IMG/VR virus record: IMGVR_UViG_2816332575_000002
Coordinates: 1-64,000 of that record
Strand: one strand, 5' to 3'
Length of the DNA stretch: 64,000 nucleotides
From: a virus
Taxonomy: Duplodnaviria > Caudoviricetes
Each line of letters starts with the position of its first letter. The stretch's first letter is position 1. Below the pieces are notes generated by a model that was given only the letters and a program-made list of their open reading frames with translations, searched no databases and was not told where the DNA came from. Both the position numbers and the translations under genes were made by a program. Shown piece by piece: positions 1 through 9,250 of this stretch.

Positions 1-294
1 TCAAGCGGTGGCCGCGAGCCAGTTCTGCGGCTCTTCCTGACCCCAGTAGTTCGGCTCCCAGCCGCACACCGACAGTCCGTAGTCCGTAGTCAGAACACCG
101 GCCGCCCAGACCTGCGCTGCCTCCACCTGCTCAGGGCCCAGCGCATCGTTGAAGGCGAAGATCAGTGTTTCCATCCCGAGGCCATGACGCAGCCTCCATT
201 CTCCTAGCTCGCCGTCCTCGTCCTCGTATGCGATGCCCCAGCGTGCCTCCGCGGCTGCCGCCGCAGTCATGCCATCTCCGGGAACCCCGCTCAT
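1..294 (-). CDS. hypothetical protein
   Basis: 97-aa ORF whose start overlaps the stop of 291..671; same leftward operon. Confidence 0.55.
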   Translation of the reverse strand: MSGVPGDGMTAAAAAEARWGIAYEDEDGELGEWRLRHGLGMETLIFAFNDALGPEQVEAAQVWAAGVLTTDYGLSVCGWEPNYWGQEEPQNWLAATA

Positions 295-671
295 TCCCTC
301 TCTCCATCATCCGGTGAAACCGCACCCTGAGTGCGTGCCATCTCCTCATACGTCTCGAACAATGGTGGCCAGTCTTCACCAGGCCGCAACGCGTGCGCCG
401 GAATCCGGCCTTGCGTCCATGCCAGACGCACCGCCAGGTTCTGCCCACCAGCAACAGCCAAGAAGCCGGCGCACGCCTCCTCGCGCCCGACCGAACTCTT
501 GTGGCAGGCAAACAGTGGTTGTTCCACCACATCACTCACTGTCTGCGGCTGGCTGTGCTGCACCGTGTTCTTCAGTGCTTCGAAGCGCTCGGCAGGGAAC
601 TGCCCAGGGGCCACGTCCCGTCGCCAAGGGCACTCCGCACAAGGGCGCCGACGGTGCGGTAGGTAACTCAA
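291..671 (-). CDS. Cys-rich DUF6283-like protein
   Basis: PCAECPWRRD...FACHKS...CAGFL motifs typical of this actinophage/plasmid family. Confidence 0.65.
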   Translation of the reverse strand: MSYLPHRRRPCAECPWRRDVAPGQFPAERFEALKNTVQHSQPQTVSDVVEQPLFACHKSSVGREEACAGFLAVAGGQNLAVRLAWTQGRIPAHALRPGEDWPPLFETYEEMARTQGAVSPDDGERE

Positions 672-698
672 TGGTCACGTCCTTCTCGATAACTGCGG

Positions 699-1088
699 TC
701 ACTGCACTCGATCCAGGCGACTCAGTCTTTCCTCGCCGCCGCCTTCGTGATTATCCCGGAGCACGTTGAGCCCTGGGGCCGAAACGACGCCTTTGCACAC
801 GTCACAGTCGCAGTCATGCGTCATGCAGGGGCACATGATGTCGTCGCAGTACTGACCAGGGCCGTGGAATTCGTGCGACGGATCAGGGTCCGGGCACCCC
901 CACGTCTCGCAGGAGCGATCTCTGCCCCAGGTGGGGTACACGATGTGCTCCCGTCGAAATCCGTGTGGCAACGGCACCCGCGGACAGTCGAACTTCGACG
1001 CCGCTGCGTTCTCCTCGGATACGAAAGCGGCCCGACAGCCGGTGCATTGCCACCGACCCTCGGGCCGCTTGCGAACGGTGTGCCTCAC
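699..1088 (-). CDS. Cys/His-rich hypothetical protein
   Basis: 129-aa ORF with several CxxC motifs, co-oriented with neighbours. Confidence 0.5.
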   Translation of the reverse strand: MRHTVRKRPEGRWQCTGCRAAFVSEENAAASKFDCPRVPLPHGFRREHIVYPTWGRDRSCETWGCPDPDPSHEFHGPGQYCDDIMCPCMTHDCDCDVCKGVVSAPGLNVLRDNHEGGGEERLSRLDRVQ

Positions 1089-1125
1089 GAGCGCAGATGC
1101 TTGTAGTCAGGCATCATCGGAGTGC

Positions 1126-1482
1126 TCACGCGCTGGCCTTCCCGTACGCCTCGCGGATCTCCGCCGGCACCCGGCCGCGGTCGTTGACGTTGTAGCCGTT
1201 CTCCTTGGCCCAAGCGCGGATCTTCGCGGTGTCCGAGCTGCCACCATTCTTGGAGGCAGAAGAGCTGGTTGCCTTGGAAGTACCTGCCGTACCGCGGACA
1301 GCGCGGCCACCGGTCTTGCGTCCTGCCTTCACGAACTCGGCGAGGGCCTCGCGCAGCTTCGCCGCGTGCTTCTTAGACAGGTCGATCTCGTACGACTTGC
1401 CGTCGAGCCCGAACGTCACGGTCTCGTCAGCCTTACCGCCGTTGAGGTCATCGACGAGCAGGATCTGGACCTTCTGAGCCAT
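1126..1482 (-). CDS. lsr2: Lsr2 nucleoid-associated / xenogeneic silencer protein
   Basis: MAQKVQILLVDDLNG...YEIDLS dimerisation domain; IRAWAKENGYNVNDRGRVP with RGR AT-hook; AAGGAG RBS. Confidence 0.92.
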   Translation of the reverse strand: MAQKVQILLVDDLNGGKADETVTFGLDGKSYEIDLSKKHAAKLREALAEFVKAGRKTGGRAVRGTAGTSKATSSSASKNGGSSDTAKIRAWAKENGYNVNDRGRVPAEIREAYGKASA

Positions 1483-1563
1483 GGGTGATTCTCTCCTTGT
1501 GCTTACTGGGTTAGTGGAGGCTAGCAGTCGAGCTGCTGCCGGGGGATTGGTAATTGGCCTGAA

Positions 1564-2289
1564 TTACCTGAGCCAGGTGGCTACGCCGTGGTGGTGGCTG
1601 CACGTGCCGCGGCGGTGCTGGCTGTAGCTGTATGTACCGTCATTGCAGAGAGCCGACGCTCCGGCCGGATGACTGGTGCCTCCAGAGCCTGAGGAGCTAC
1701 TGCTGGCATTGTCGTCCGATCCCGAGTTGCTGCCTCCGTCGGAGGAGCCACCTGTCGTACTCCCACCGTCCGAACTACTGCCGGAGGCTGTGCTGACCGA
1801 GGCGCTGTCGTCCGTAGTGTCCACGGTGGGCTCCGCGGCCGGTTCTGTGGGATCGGCGCTTGTGGAGCTTTCGCCAGGCGTCCCACCGACGGCCGGCAGA
1901 CACTCCTCGCCGACCTCGACAACATCGAATGTGAGTACGGCGACCCCGTCTATGTCAGCTCCGGCTTCGGGTCGGGTGGAGCACACCTTCCAGTTGCCCT
2001 CTAGGTGTTGAGGGCGGTTGAGACCGGAGAGGTCACGACTTTCGGCAGTGGAGATCCCCAACGCCGAAGCCTTGTCCCGCGCGGCTGCAAGTGTCTCCCC
2101 GGTGAGGTCAGGGAGCGTGGAGCTTGTCTCCGTCGGCGCAGTGGCTTTCGGCTTGGACGAGGTGCCCTGGTCGCCGTCCACCAGGTTCATGCACCCGCCG
2201 ACGAGCAGCAAAAACCCTAAGATCACTGCACAACCGACTCGCGCATTCTTCTTGTCCTGCGGCGATGCCGGCTGCTGAGGTCTGGGCAC
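1564..2289 (-). CDS. membrane-anchored PASTA + DUF3761-like protein
   Basis: N-terminal TM helix; LPDLTGETL...WKVCSTRPEAG PASTA-like segment; Ser/Gly linker; C-terminal ALCNDGTYSYSQHRRGTCSHHHGV. Confidence 0.75.
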   Translation of the reverse strand: MPRPQQPASPQDKKNARVGCAVILGFLLLVGGCMNLVDGDQGTSSKPKATAPTETSSTLPDLTGETLAAARDKASALGISTAESRDLSGLNRPQHLEGNWKVCSTRPEAGADIDGVAVLTFDVVEVGEECLPAVGGTPGESSTSADPTEPAAEPTVDTTDDSASVSTASGSSSDGGSTTGGSSDGGSNSGSDDNASSSSSGSGGTSHPAGASALCNDGTYSYSQHRRGTCSHHHGVATWLR

Positions 2290-2423
2290 AGTTGGCCCCC
2301 TGAGAGTGTTGCGGCTGCACGCTCCCCTGCGTGCATGGTCCCGCCCTCCGGTCGTGAACCGTGAGCCCGGTCTCTCTCCGGAGGGGCGGGTACGCCCGTT
2401 GGGGCGGACGTGATGGGCGTAGG

Positions 2424-4346
2424 TTATCCACTCGACGAGTTGCCTGTGGCTCCTTCGGGCGTCTGCACGGTTGGTTCTGCGGCTCGTTGGCGCTCGATAC
2501 GGTCATAGAGACCGTTCATGGCGTTGATCGATGCGTTGATGAATCCCCTGTACTTGCTCGCTGGGTAGTTGAACTGCGGAATGACTGCGGCACATCTGTA
2601 TGCAGCTTCGATCAGGCGGTCTCTCTTCTCGTCGTCGCTCGCATGTGCGTCTCGGAGAATCCGGTTCCAGTCGTCCACAACTTCCAGCAGGGCAGCCTCG
2701 TCATAGTCGTCGAACGTCTTACGGCGACGCCTCCAGCACCAGCCAGGCAACTCCTCCAGGAGCTGCCTGCGAGACGGCAGGAGGGTGCCTTTCTTGTAGT
2801 TCGACAGCTGAGTTGCGGCGAAGGAGCCGATAGCATCGCCCTGAGGCGTTACGTACGTGGCCTTCGGCATTTCACCTGTGAATGTCATGTACGCCTTCAG
2901 CTTGCCGAACCGCTCCAGCCACGACTCGGTCGCGCCCTTGAGCATGTGCAGCTTCAACGCTTCATGGAGCCTGTCGTTCAGGTAGGTCTCTGCTCCCAGG
3001 ATCTCGATGGCATTCGGCAACCGCACTGCCGGCTCCCGGCCATCGGCTTCCTGCTCACCGAACGCTTGGCGCGCCATCGAGAAAGCACTGTCCATGCGTT
3101 CGTCGAAGTCCCGCAGAGACGTCAGCACAGCCCACACGTGACGAAACTCGGACGCTGCCAGCACCTGCTCCGGATTCTCGCCTGGAGCCAGGTAGACAGG
3201 CAGGACGATGACGGCGGGCTTCTCCTTCTCAGGGTGGAGGCGCAGTGCGCGACCAACAGCTTGCACGATAGCGGTCTTGCTTGTTTTCGGGTCGGCGAAA
3301 ACCACCGTGTCGACGGCAGGCACGTCCACACCTTCGGTCAGCACATGCACGTTCGAAAGTACTGTCGCGCCGTTACTGAGTGGGTGCGCCAGTCGATCAA
3401 GGGCCTGTTTGCGGGCTTCAACGGATGACGTGCCGTCGATGTGCAGAGCCTCGACAGGGACATCGGTAACGCGCGCGGCTGTGCGTCTCATGGTGTCGGT
3501 GAAGACGCGGCTGCGCTCCCGACCGGAATGGAACGCAACGATGCGTCGTGCTCCGTGCTCTTCGATGACACGCCCCACGGCTATCTGAGCTGCGATCTGC
3601 GACGTCGTAAGCTCGGAGCCGCGCGGCATCGCCTGTTGGTCCGAGAGAGCCCGGCGAACATCGTCATCGGTTACTAGAACGACGGACACGATAAAGTCAG
3701 CCAGCAACTTCCGCCGAATTGCATCACCGAAACTCAGCTCATAAACCCTTTCGCCGTACAGTTCCGGATTATCCATACTGACGACATCCTGAGTACCGTC
3801 ACCACTAGGATGTACCTTCGCAGTAGCTGTCAGGCTGATTCGAGTGAGAGCCGGAATGCGCGCGTTGTCGAGCACCACACTGAATGCTCGCCCGGCTGAC
3901 CCGGCAGTCCGGTGTGCTTCGTCCAACACCATCACGTCGAGCGGAGGGAGCGCCGGGTGCTGCGTATAAGCCTCCACGACCTTCGTCGCTGACTGGTAGG
4001 TGCACAGCAGCAGCTTGACCTGGCTGGACTTGCGACTCAAGAAGCGCGCAATGCGCCCTGGTTCAGTCGTGGCTAGCGCTCCGCCAACTGCGGTGTCCGA
4101 GTAGACGAGCAGGCCGTCCACGGGCGTCTGCCGCTGCCAGCTGTCGTACGTCTGCCGCAACAGTTCTCTGCTGGGTACCAGCAGCATGATGGAACCGGTC
4201 GTACCTACACGTTCCAGGGCAGCCATCTGCCCGACCAGCGTCTTCCCAGTACCGCACGCCATCACTGCCAACGCCCGCCCCGTAGGACCGATGCCGCGGA
4301 TGGCCTCCAGGGCGGCTAACTGATGGGGGCGCGGATTCATAACCAT
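2424..4346 (-). CDS. SF2 DEAD/DEAH (Res-like) helicase with helicase-associated domain
   Basis: MACGTGKT, DEAH, TAT, LTEGVDVP and QAVGRALR motifs; C-terminal W...LxxY...P HA repeat; start overlaps upstream stop. Confidence 0.88.
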   Translation of the reverse strand: MVMNPRPHQLAALEAIRGIGPTGRALAVMACGTGKTLVGQMAALERVGTTGSIMLLVPSRELLRQTYDSWQRQTPVDGLLVYSDTAVGGALATTEPGRIARFLSRKSSQVKLLLCTYQSATKVVEAYTQHPALPPLDVMVLDEAHRTAGSAGRAFSVVLDNARIPALTRISLTATAKVHPSGDGTQDVVSMDNPELYGERVYELSFGDAIRRKLLADFIVSVVLVTDDDVRRALSDQQAMPRGSELTTSQIAAQIAVGRVIEEHGARRIVAFHSGRERSRVFTDTMRRTAARVTDVPVEALHIDGTSSVEARKQALDRLAHPLSNGATVLSNVHVLTEGVDVPAVDTVVFADPKTSKTAIVQAVGRALRLHPEKEKPAVIVLPVYLAPGENPEQVLAASEFRHVWAVLTSLRDFDERMDSAFSMARQAFGEQEADGREPAVRLPNAIEILGAETYLNDRLHEALKLHMLKGATESWLERFGKLKAYMTFTGEMPKATYVTPQGDAIGSFAATQLSNYKKGTLLPSRRQLLEELPGWCWRRRRKTFDDYDEAALLEVVDDWNRILRDAHASDDEKRDRLIEAAYRCAAVIPQFNYPASKYRGFINASINAMNGLYDRIERQRAAEPTVQTPEGATGNSSSG

Positions 4347-4789
4347 CAGTCGTCCTCGTTCCAACGCTCGCCTGCGTACGCGGGGTCGAACCACTTCGGT
4401 GCAGTGTCGGTGTTGGGATACTTTCTCAACACCCCCCGCTTGTACCGCGCGGAGGCCGCATGGCCGGCAGGGCACCGGTAGATGAGCGTCCCGGTCCCTG
4501 CAATCGACGGCCGACCTCTTACCAGCCCGTCACAGACGTGGCCTTCCGAGTTCCTGTCTAGGCACGCCTTGGGCTGCTCCAGGAGCCCCGCCTGATGCAG
4601 ACGGACGAGCAGATCAACCTGCGCCTTTACTTGCGCCCCCATCAGGGCACGGACGGCGTTAATGGGCGCAGGCGTGTCGTCGTTGTAGTACTCCTCGACG
4701 TCCTGTGACCCCACCCCCGTGAACCCAGCTCGGTAGGGTTCCATCCATCCCGGCATCGCCCACTTCGGACGGTCAGTAATCTCAGGCAT
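4346..4789 (-). CDS. hypothetical protein
   Basis: ATG preceded by AAGGGGA RBS; coupled to helicase. Confidence 0.6.
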   Translation of the reverse strand: MPEITDRPKWAMPGWMEPYRAGFTGVGSQDVEEYYNDDTPAPINAVRALMGAQVKAQVDLLVRLHQAGLLEQPKACLDRNSEGHVCDGLVRGRPSIAGTGTLIYRCPAGHAASARYKRGVLRKYPNTDTAPKWFDPAYAGERWNEDD

Positions 4790-4804
4790 GATTCCCCTTC
4801 TTTC

Positions 4805-4836
4805 AAAAAAAAACGGGCGTAGCCTAAGCAACGCCC
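4805..4836 (-). terminator. intrinsic terminator
   Basis: GGGCGT-TGCTTAGGCT-ACGCCC hairpin followed by T9 on minus strand. Confidence 0.7.
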
Positions 4837-4858
4837 AAATCCTCATCGCATTAGCTAG

Positions 4859-5407
4859 CTAATGCGAAGCCTTTCTGTGTCCTGTTTTCCTGACAGGTTC
4901 CGTCAAGGCCCGATATACAGGCCAGCCAGATCCCTTAACGCGGTTCCGGAAAAGTTCGTAGCTCACTTCTTCGGCGCGCCGTGGGTCCTCGTACCATTGA
5001 CGGAGCGTTTTGTGTTCACCGTCGAACTCGTATGTTGTCTTGTCGACGTACGTTCCAGTCTTGCGACCCGTATTCGAGGAAAGATAGTGGCCTGCGGAGG
5101 TGGCTCTGGGCATTTCAGGAGCCTTGCCGAGGTCGTAGCATTTCTGATCGACACCTCCGTCAGGCCAGTAGATCACCTCAATCGACTGAGGGCCGTAAAG
5201 CCTCTTGCCCCGAGACGAGTCCAGTCGATCAACAGAGTCGCCGAGGCTGAGGTCAACCACAATCTTCCGGGGTGGATTCTTCCCCGGAGCGGTCTTAACG
5301 GCATTTTCTCGCAGCCAAGCGGCATCATAGTGCTTTCCCTGTGCGTACACTTCTGCCAGCACCTCGTCCACCACATCGTGGAACTCGCCAGCATCTTCGT
5401 AATTCAT
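4859..5407 (-). CDS. hypothetical protein with C-terminal DNA-binding module of the type found on phage HNH endonucleases
   Basis: YEFDGEHKTLRQW...YELFRNRVKGSGWPVYRALTEPV; no HNH catalytic motif seen. Confidence 0.6.
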   Translation of the reverse strand: MNYEDAGEFHDVVDEVLAEVYAQGKHYDAAWLRENAVKTAPGKNPPRKIVVDLSLGDSVDRLDSSRGKRLYGPQSIEVIYWPDGGVDQKCYDLGKAPEMPRATSAGHYLSSNTGRKTGTYVDKTTYEFDGEHKTLRQWYEDPRRAEEVSYELFRNRVKGSGWPVYRALTEPVRKTGHRKASH

Positions 5408-5437
5408 CGACCATGCCCTTCCTGGGCGTCAAACGTT

Positions 5438-5902
5438 TCATTTTCGATCACGCTCGAACGCCGCCAGAAACCGGTGATCCGCGTTCAGTCGGTCTTGAAG
5501 CCGCTCTCGCTCAACTCGATATGCCTCTAGTTGCTGCTTCACGCTTTCCTCTTGGTCCCTAAGCCACTTCACCCTCTTCTCGTCGTGAGGTACCCGAGAC
5601 TTGATGACTTGGTATCGTTCTTCTTTGTCAGGTCCGTGCACGCGTGCACGCTCAAGACGCTTTTCGAGAAAGGGCTCCATCTCCTCGCGGACGTAGTAGA
5701 TGTCGTAAGCTCCGTGGCCACGCTTCTCGCCATCAGGGTTCCGCTGCTTTTTGCATACCTCTTTCGGCATATCTTCGTGACGAGAACGCCACCGACTTAC
5801 CGCTGTGCGGGTATATCCAGTTCTTTCGAGGATTTCCCGCATAGAGATCAACTCATCCCAGCGATCCTTGTACTCTTCGCGGTACCACTCTGTGCGCTCC
5901 AT
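5438..5902 (-). CDS. putative HTH DNA-binding protein with coiled coil
   Basis: LISMREILERTGYTRTAVSRWRSR HTH-like segment; C-terminal heptads. Confidence 0.6.
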   Translation of the reverse strand: MERTEWYREEYKDRWDELISMREILERTGYTRTAVSRWRSRHEDMPKEVCKKQRNPDGEKRGHGAYDIYYVREEMEPFLEKRLERARVHGPDKEERYQVIKSRVPHDEKRVKWLRDQEESVKQQLEAYRVERERLQDRLNADHRFLAAFERDRK

Positions 5903-6058
5903 GGTCGGTCCTCTGGTCAGCTTCCGGAGATCACTCACCACCCTAGCTGCCCCAGGTCTACGAACACGAGGTCAGTACCCCAGCTATGGCTACTGCTGGT
6001 ACCGCGGGGAGGCGCAGCAGCTGCCGAGGAACCCGCTGCTGCGCCAGTCGTACCTAGG

Positions 6059-6568
6059 TCACCCGGAGCCGTACGTGGCCTCGATCTGCTTCAGCTCCCA
6101 GTACTTCTGGTGGAACCAGAGAGCGGCCGTGACCGGGTCGTCAACATGCCGGTCGAGCGACCACTCCGTAGGGCGCGGGTCCACGCTCTCCAGCGGGAGC
6201 ACGGCCACGATGTACTTCTCCGCTCCGTCAGCGCGCTGCCCCAGGAACAGCCGGCGCTTCGCTACGGGCTTGATCAGCTTGATGTCGTAGCCGTTGACCC
6301 GCGCTACCTCTGCGTGCTTCTTGCGTATGGTGCGCGTCCACAGCCCGCTACCGGAATCGTGATACCAGTAGAGACTGGACATTCCCCCGGGCTCCCAACC
6401 TTCGGACAGCGCGAAGCGCACTGCCGCATCCTCAAGCTGCGTCAGGTGATCTTGCGCAGCAATCACCACGGACGTGATCGGTCCGGCGGCATCGCGGATG
6501 GTCACCATGTGAGTGTCTTCCACAAGGGAATACTCCTCGATGGTCAGCTTGCCGATTACCTCGTCCAT
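6059..6568 (-). CDS. hypothetical protein
   Basis: ATG after AAGGAG RBS; GC3-biased ORF. Confidence 0.6.
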   Translation of the reverse strand: MDEVIGKLTIEEYSLVEDTHMVTIRDAAGPITSVVIAAQDHLTQLEDAAVRFALSEGWEPGGMSSLYWYHDSGSGLWTRTIRKKHAEVARVNGYDIKLIKPVAKRRLFLGQRADGAEKYIVAVLPLESVDPRPTEWSLDRHVDDPVTAALWFHQKYWELKQIEATYGSG

Positions 6569-6609
6569 CACTACTCCTTCACCCGTTAAAAAATCCCCGG
6601 CCACGTACG

Positions 6610-6780
6610 TCATCGGTCGCGGTCGCAGTCCATGCACAGGCAGAACACCGCCATGACCTTCAACGTATTCGGGTCCTCGTCCTGGTAGCAGATGTTCTGC
6701 TTGTCCCCACCACAGTCCCGGCACCGGTCGCTGTTGTCGCGCACGATGACGAAACCCTGGGCGTCGTACCTACGAGGCAT
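6610..6780 (-). CDS. small Zn-finger-like protein
   Basis: CRDCGG...CLCMDC motif; overlaps upstream stop. Confidence 0.45.
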   Translation of the reverse strand: MPRRYDAQGFVIVRDNSDRCRDCGGDKQNICYQDEDPNTLKVMAVFCLCMDCDRDR

Positions 6781-7135
6781 CGCAGGACTCACCATTCATC
6801 TGCCGAACCCAGAACTCCTGAGTGTCGCCACCAATCGCAGGCTCGGTGAAGGCCACGCTGCCTTGCCCGCCAGCACGCACCTGAGCCCACAGCTCGGCGT
6901 CCTCCAGCGAATCCATGAAACGCTCGACGTTCAGGGCCAGTGAGCACCAGCCGCACGCGCACCCGACCCACTCGGGATCGTTGCCGAAGTGAGGACACCG
7001 CTCAGCCCAGGTGTCCATCTGATCCTCCAGCAGACGCTCCAACTCCAGGCCCGCATCGTCCTTGTCGTCACAGCAGATGGCGTCCTCGACCTTCGGCTCC
7101 TGGCCGGCCAGGTTCGTTCCCACGTGGTAATGCAC
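6770..7135 (-). CDS. hypothetical protein
   Basis: 121-aa acidic ORF with AGAGGGA RBS. Confidence 0.6.
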   Translation of the reverse strand: MHYHVGTNLAGQEPKVEDAICCDDKDDAGLELERLLEDQMDTWAERCPHFGNDPEWVGCACGWCSLALNVERFMDSLEDAELWAQVRAGGQGSVAFTEPAIGGDTQEFWVRQMNGESCDAS

Positions 7136-7234
7136 TGGTAGTCCCTCTCTTTTCCCTTAGACGACCCGACGGATGACCTTCACGACGACTTCCGCAAGGG
7201 CCTGTAGCGGGTGCTCTACGGCTCCTGTAGAACC

Positions 7235-7269
7235 AAAAGGGCACTCACCGACCTGTTCGGTAAGTGCCC
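7235..7269 (-). terminator. intrinsic terminator
   Basis: GGGCACTTACCGA...TCGGTGAGTGCCC followed by TTTT. Confidence 0.75.
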
Positions 7270-7424
7270 GATGATCCGGCAGGAAGGATGCGAGACTAAG
7301 CTCCTCACGGCCCCCGAAACAACGTGATCACAACTAATTCATGCGAGTTGTTCCTCAACCTCAAGAGCGCCCGCGGTCGCGGACACGGCCGTAGGGGCGG
7401 TCTCCCTGTCTCCGGACGATGAAG

Positions 7425-7835
7425 TCAGTTACTGTCCCAGAAATCTATGAGGGCTCCTGGGGACACGATGCTTACCTCGTATCCGCAGCCGCCGGGTAGG
7501 CGGGATTCGAACTCTGTGAGGATGGAGGCAGCGACTCCAGCCGGGTAGTTGATGGGGATTCGGATGCTTCGCAACATCTGTTCGGCGGCCTGATCGTGCG
7601 TGATGCCGGCGCCAACGCCAACACTCACGACCAGCAAGCCTGTCTCTTCGTACGCCCTGCCGCATTCATGCCTTCCGGCAGGCCAACGCTGTTGCCCTGC
7701 GCGGTACCAGCGCGACGTGCTGAACAAGCGGGCCGGGAAGACAGAACCGTCCTGGGAGCGCACTTTGTAAAGCGCGCCCGTGACGAGAAGGACTCTGAGA
7801 CTGCGGTCATCTGTCATGTCGTACCTATTCCGCAC
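7425..7835 (-). CDS. hypothetical protein
   Basis: ORF overlapping the stop of 7825..8523; start may be 7817. Confidence 0.5.
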   Translation of the reverse strand: MRNRYDMTDDRSLRVLLVTGALYKVRSQDGSVFPARLFSTSRWYRAGQQRWPAGRHECGRAYEETGLLVVSVGVGAGITHDQAAEQMLRSIRIPINYPAGVAASILTEFESRLPGGCGYEVSIVSPGALIDFWDSN

Positions 7836-8523
7836 TCTGGATGCCGTGCAGGCGGCGTGCGACGTCCGTATGCTCGCGGTCCCAGCACTTCAGCAACCAG
7901 TAAGCAGCAGGGCCTGCGTTGAGAGGAAGCCACTCGCTGCGCTTCTGCACGAACTCGTCCCACTGCCAGTGCTTGCCGGCGAGCCCGTAGCGACGAGCGA
8001 AGTGCGCGAACCACACCTTGGTCGACCCGTTGTGCACCAGGTTGTACAGCTCCTGGTGCCGCGGCTCGGTCCACCCCTCCACGTCGATCCGGTCATGAAC
8101 GAGGGCGCCGTGGAAACCCTCGCGAAGGCCCTCGTAGAAGTACTGCACGGTGGCACCCCAAACCGTTCGCACATGTCGCTCCGCCGGGATGACGTGCCGG
8201 TTGCGACCGAGGTCCAGGACCACGCGATGCTCAGGCGTCACCTCCATGACGTCGCCACAGATGCTGGCCAGCCCCCAAGGCTCCTTCAACTTCTTAGTCA
8301 TCCACTGGGCCTGATAGATGACGGTGGCTGAGCGATACGTCCGCTCAAGCCCATCAATCACCGTGCGCACTAACCGGTCAGGTGTAGCCAGCGGAAGCGT
8401 ACGGACGTAGGTACCTCGATCGTCGTCAAAGATTCCCAAACGCCGCGGAGTACCATCTCGGTTCTCCAATGTCCGTACCTCATACCGTGGGTGTATCTTC
8501 CGCTCAGGCGGAGACAGAATCAC
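7825..8523 (-). CDS. hypothetical protein
   Basis: 232-aa ORF with GGAG RBS. Confidence 0.65.
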   Translation of the reverse strand: MILSPPERKIHPRYEVRTLENRDGTPRRLGIFDDDRGTYVRTLPLATPDRLVRTVIDGLERTYRSATVIYQAQWMTKKLKEPWGLASICGDVMEVTPEHRVVLDLGRNRHVIPAERHVRTVWGATVQYFYEGLREGFHGALVHDRIDVEGWTEPRHQELYNLVHNGSTKVWFAHFARRYGLAGKHWQWDEFVQKRSEWLPLNAGPAAYWLLKCWDREHTDVARRLHGIQSAE

Positions 8524-8540
8524 AGCGTTGTTCTCCGTTC

Positions 8541-9242
8541 TTACTTATCGATGGGTCGGGTGAAGAGGTAGACCGGGCGCTCGTGCGGTTCAAAACCCTC
8601 CAGGCGTCGGCCGTAGTGCTTCGTGTTGGTGTGCTCCTGGAGGCACGCCCACATCCCGATTTCCGGGCTCGGAGCTATGCCGATCGTCTGGTTTCCCACA
8701 CGGGCGTCGTATCGGCCGTCGTCGCGCTTCTGGAGGTAGCCGATGCCGGCGCCGGTGCCACGTGTGTTGAGGTCCACGAGGAAGTCACCGTTGTCCAGCG
8801 GCATGGCGTCGATGAGCACGCCGGTCTCCGGGATGAGGGAGGGCTGGACCTGGTATGTCTGCGTCGTACCAAAGCGCTGGGAGATGCGGTTCATGCCCTC
8901 GCACTCGCAGCCGTTGGTCACGCAGCAGCCGCACTGCGACATGTCGATGGCCCGCTCGTCTGACACAGGAACCCGTCGGCCGATCGGGCGGCTGCGAACT
9001 GACTGAGTCGGCGGCGCGTACCTGTACAACGCCGAGGCTGCATGCTCCTTGGAAGCGAATCCGGGCATGTCAGTGGCCGATGCGGCACCGCTCTTTCTCC
9101 AGTCGGCGACCCAGTCGCTGCCTTCGCTCTCGTAGACGGACCCCAGATACTGATCGCTGGTGTAGTGGGGAGCACGGGCCCACACGTGGAAGCGGCTAGA
9201 GCTTCGGTCGAAGCGGATGAATATGAATTCCGGTTCAGGCAT
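8541..9242 (-). CDS. hypothetical protein
   Basis: ATG after AGGAG RBS; the 438-aa track ORF is over-extended upstream. Confidence 0.6.
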   Translation of the reverse strand: MPEPEFIFIRFDRSSSRFHVWARAPHYTSDQYLGSVYESEGSDWVADWRKSGAASATDMPGFASKEHAASALYRYAPPTQSVRSRPIGRRVPVSDERAIDMSQCGCCVTNGCECEGMNRISQRFGTTQTYQVQPSLIPETGVLIDAMPLDNGDFLVDLNTRGTGAGIGYLQKRDDGRYDARVGNQTIGIAPSPEIGMWACLQEHTNTKHYGRRLEGFEPHERPVYLFTRPIDK

Positions 9243-9250
9243 GACTGCTC

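Noticed and set aside
7495-7520. GTTCGAATCCC T-loop-like word on the minus strand
   Set aside because: Flanks do not pair into a T stem and it lies inside a CDS
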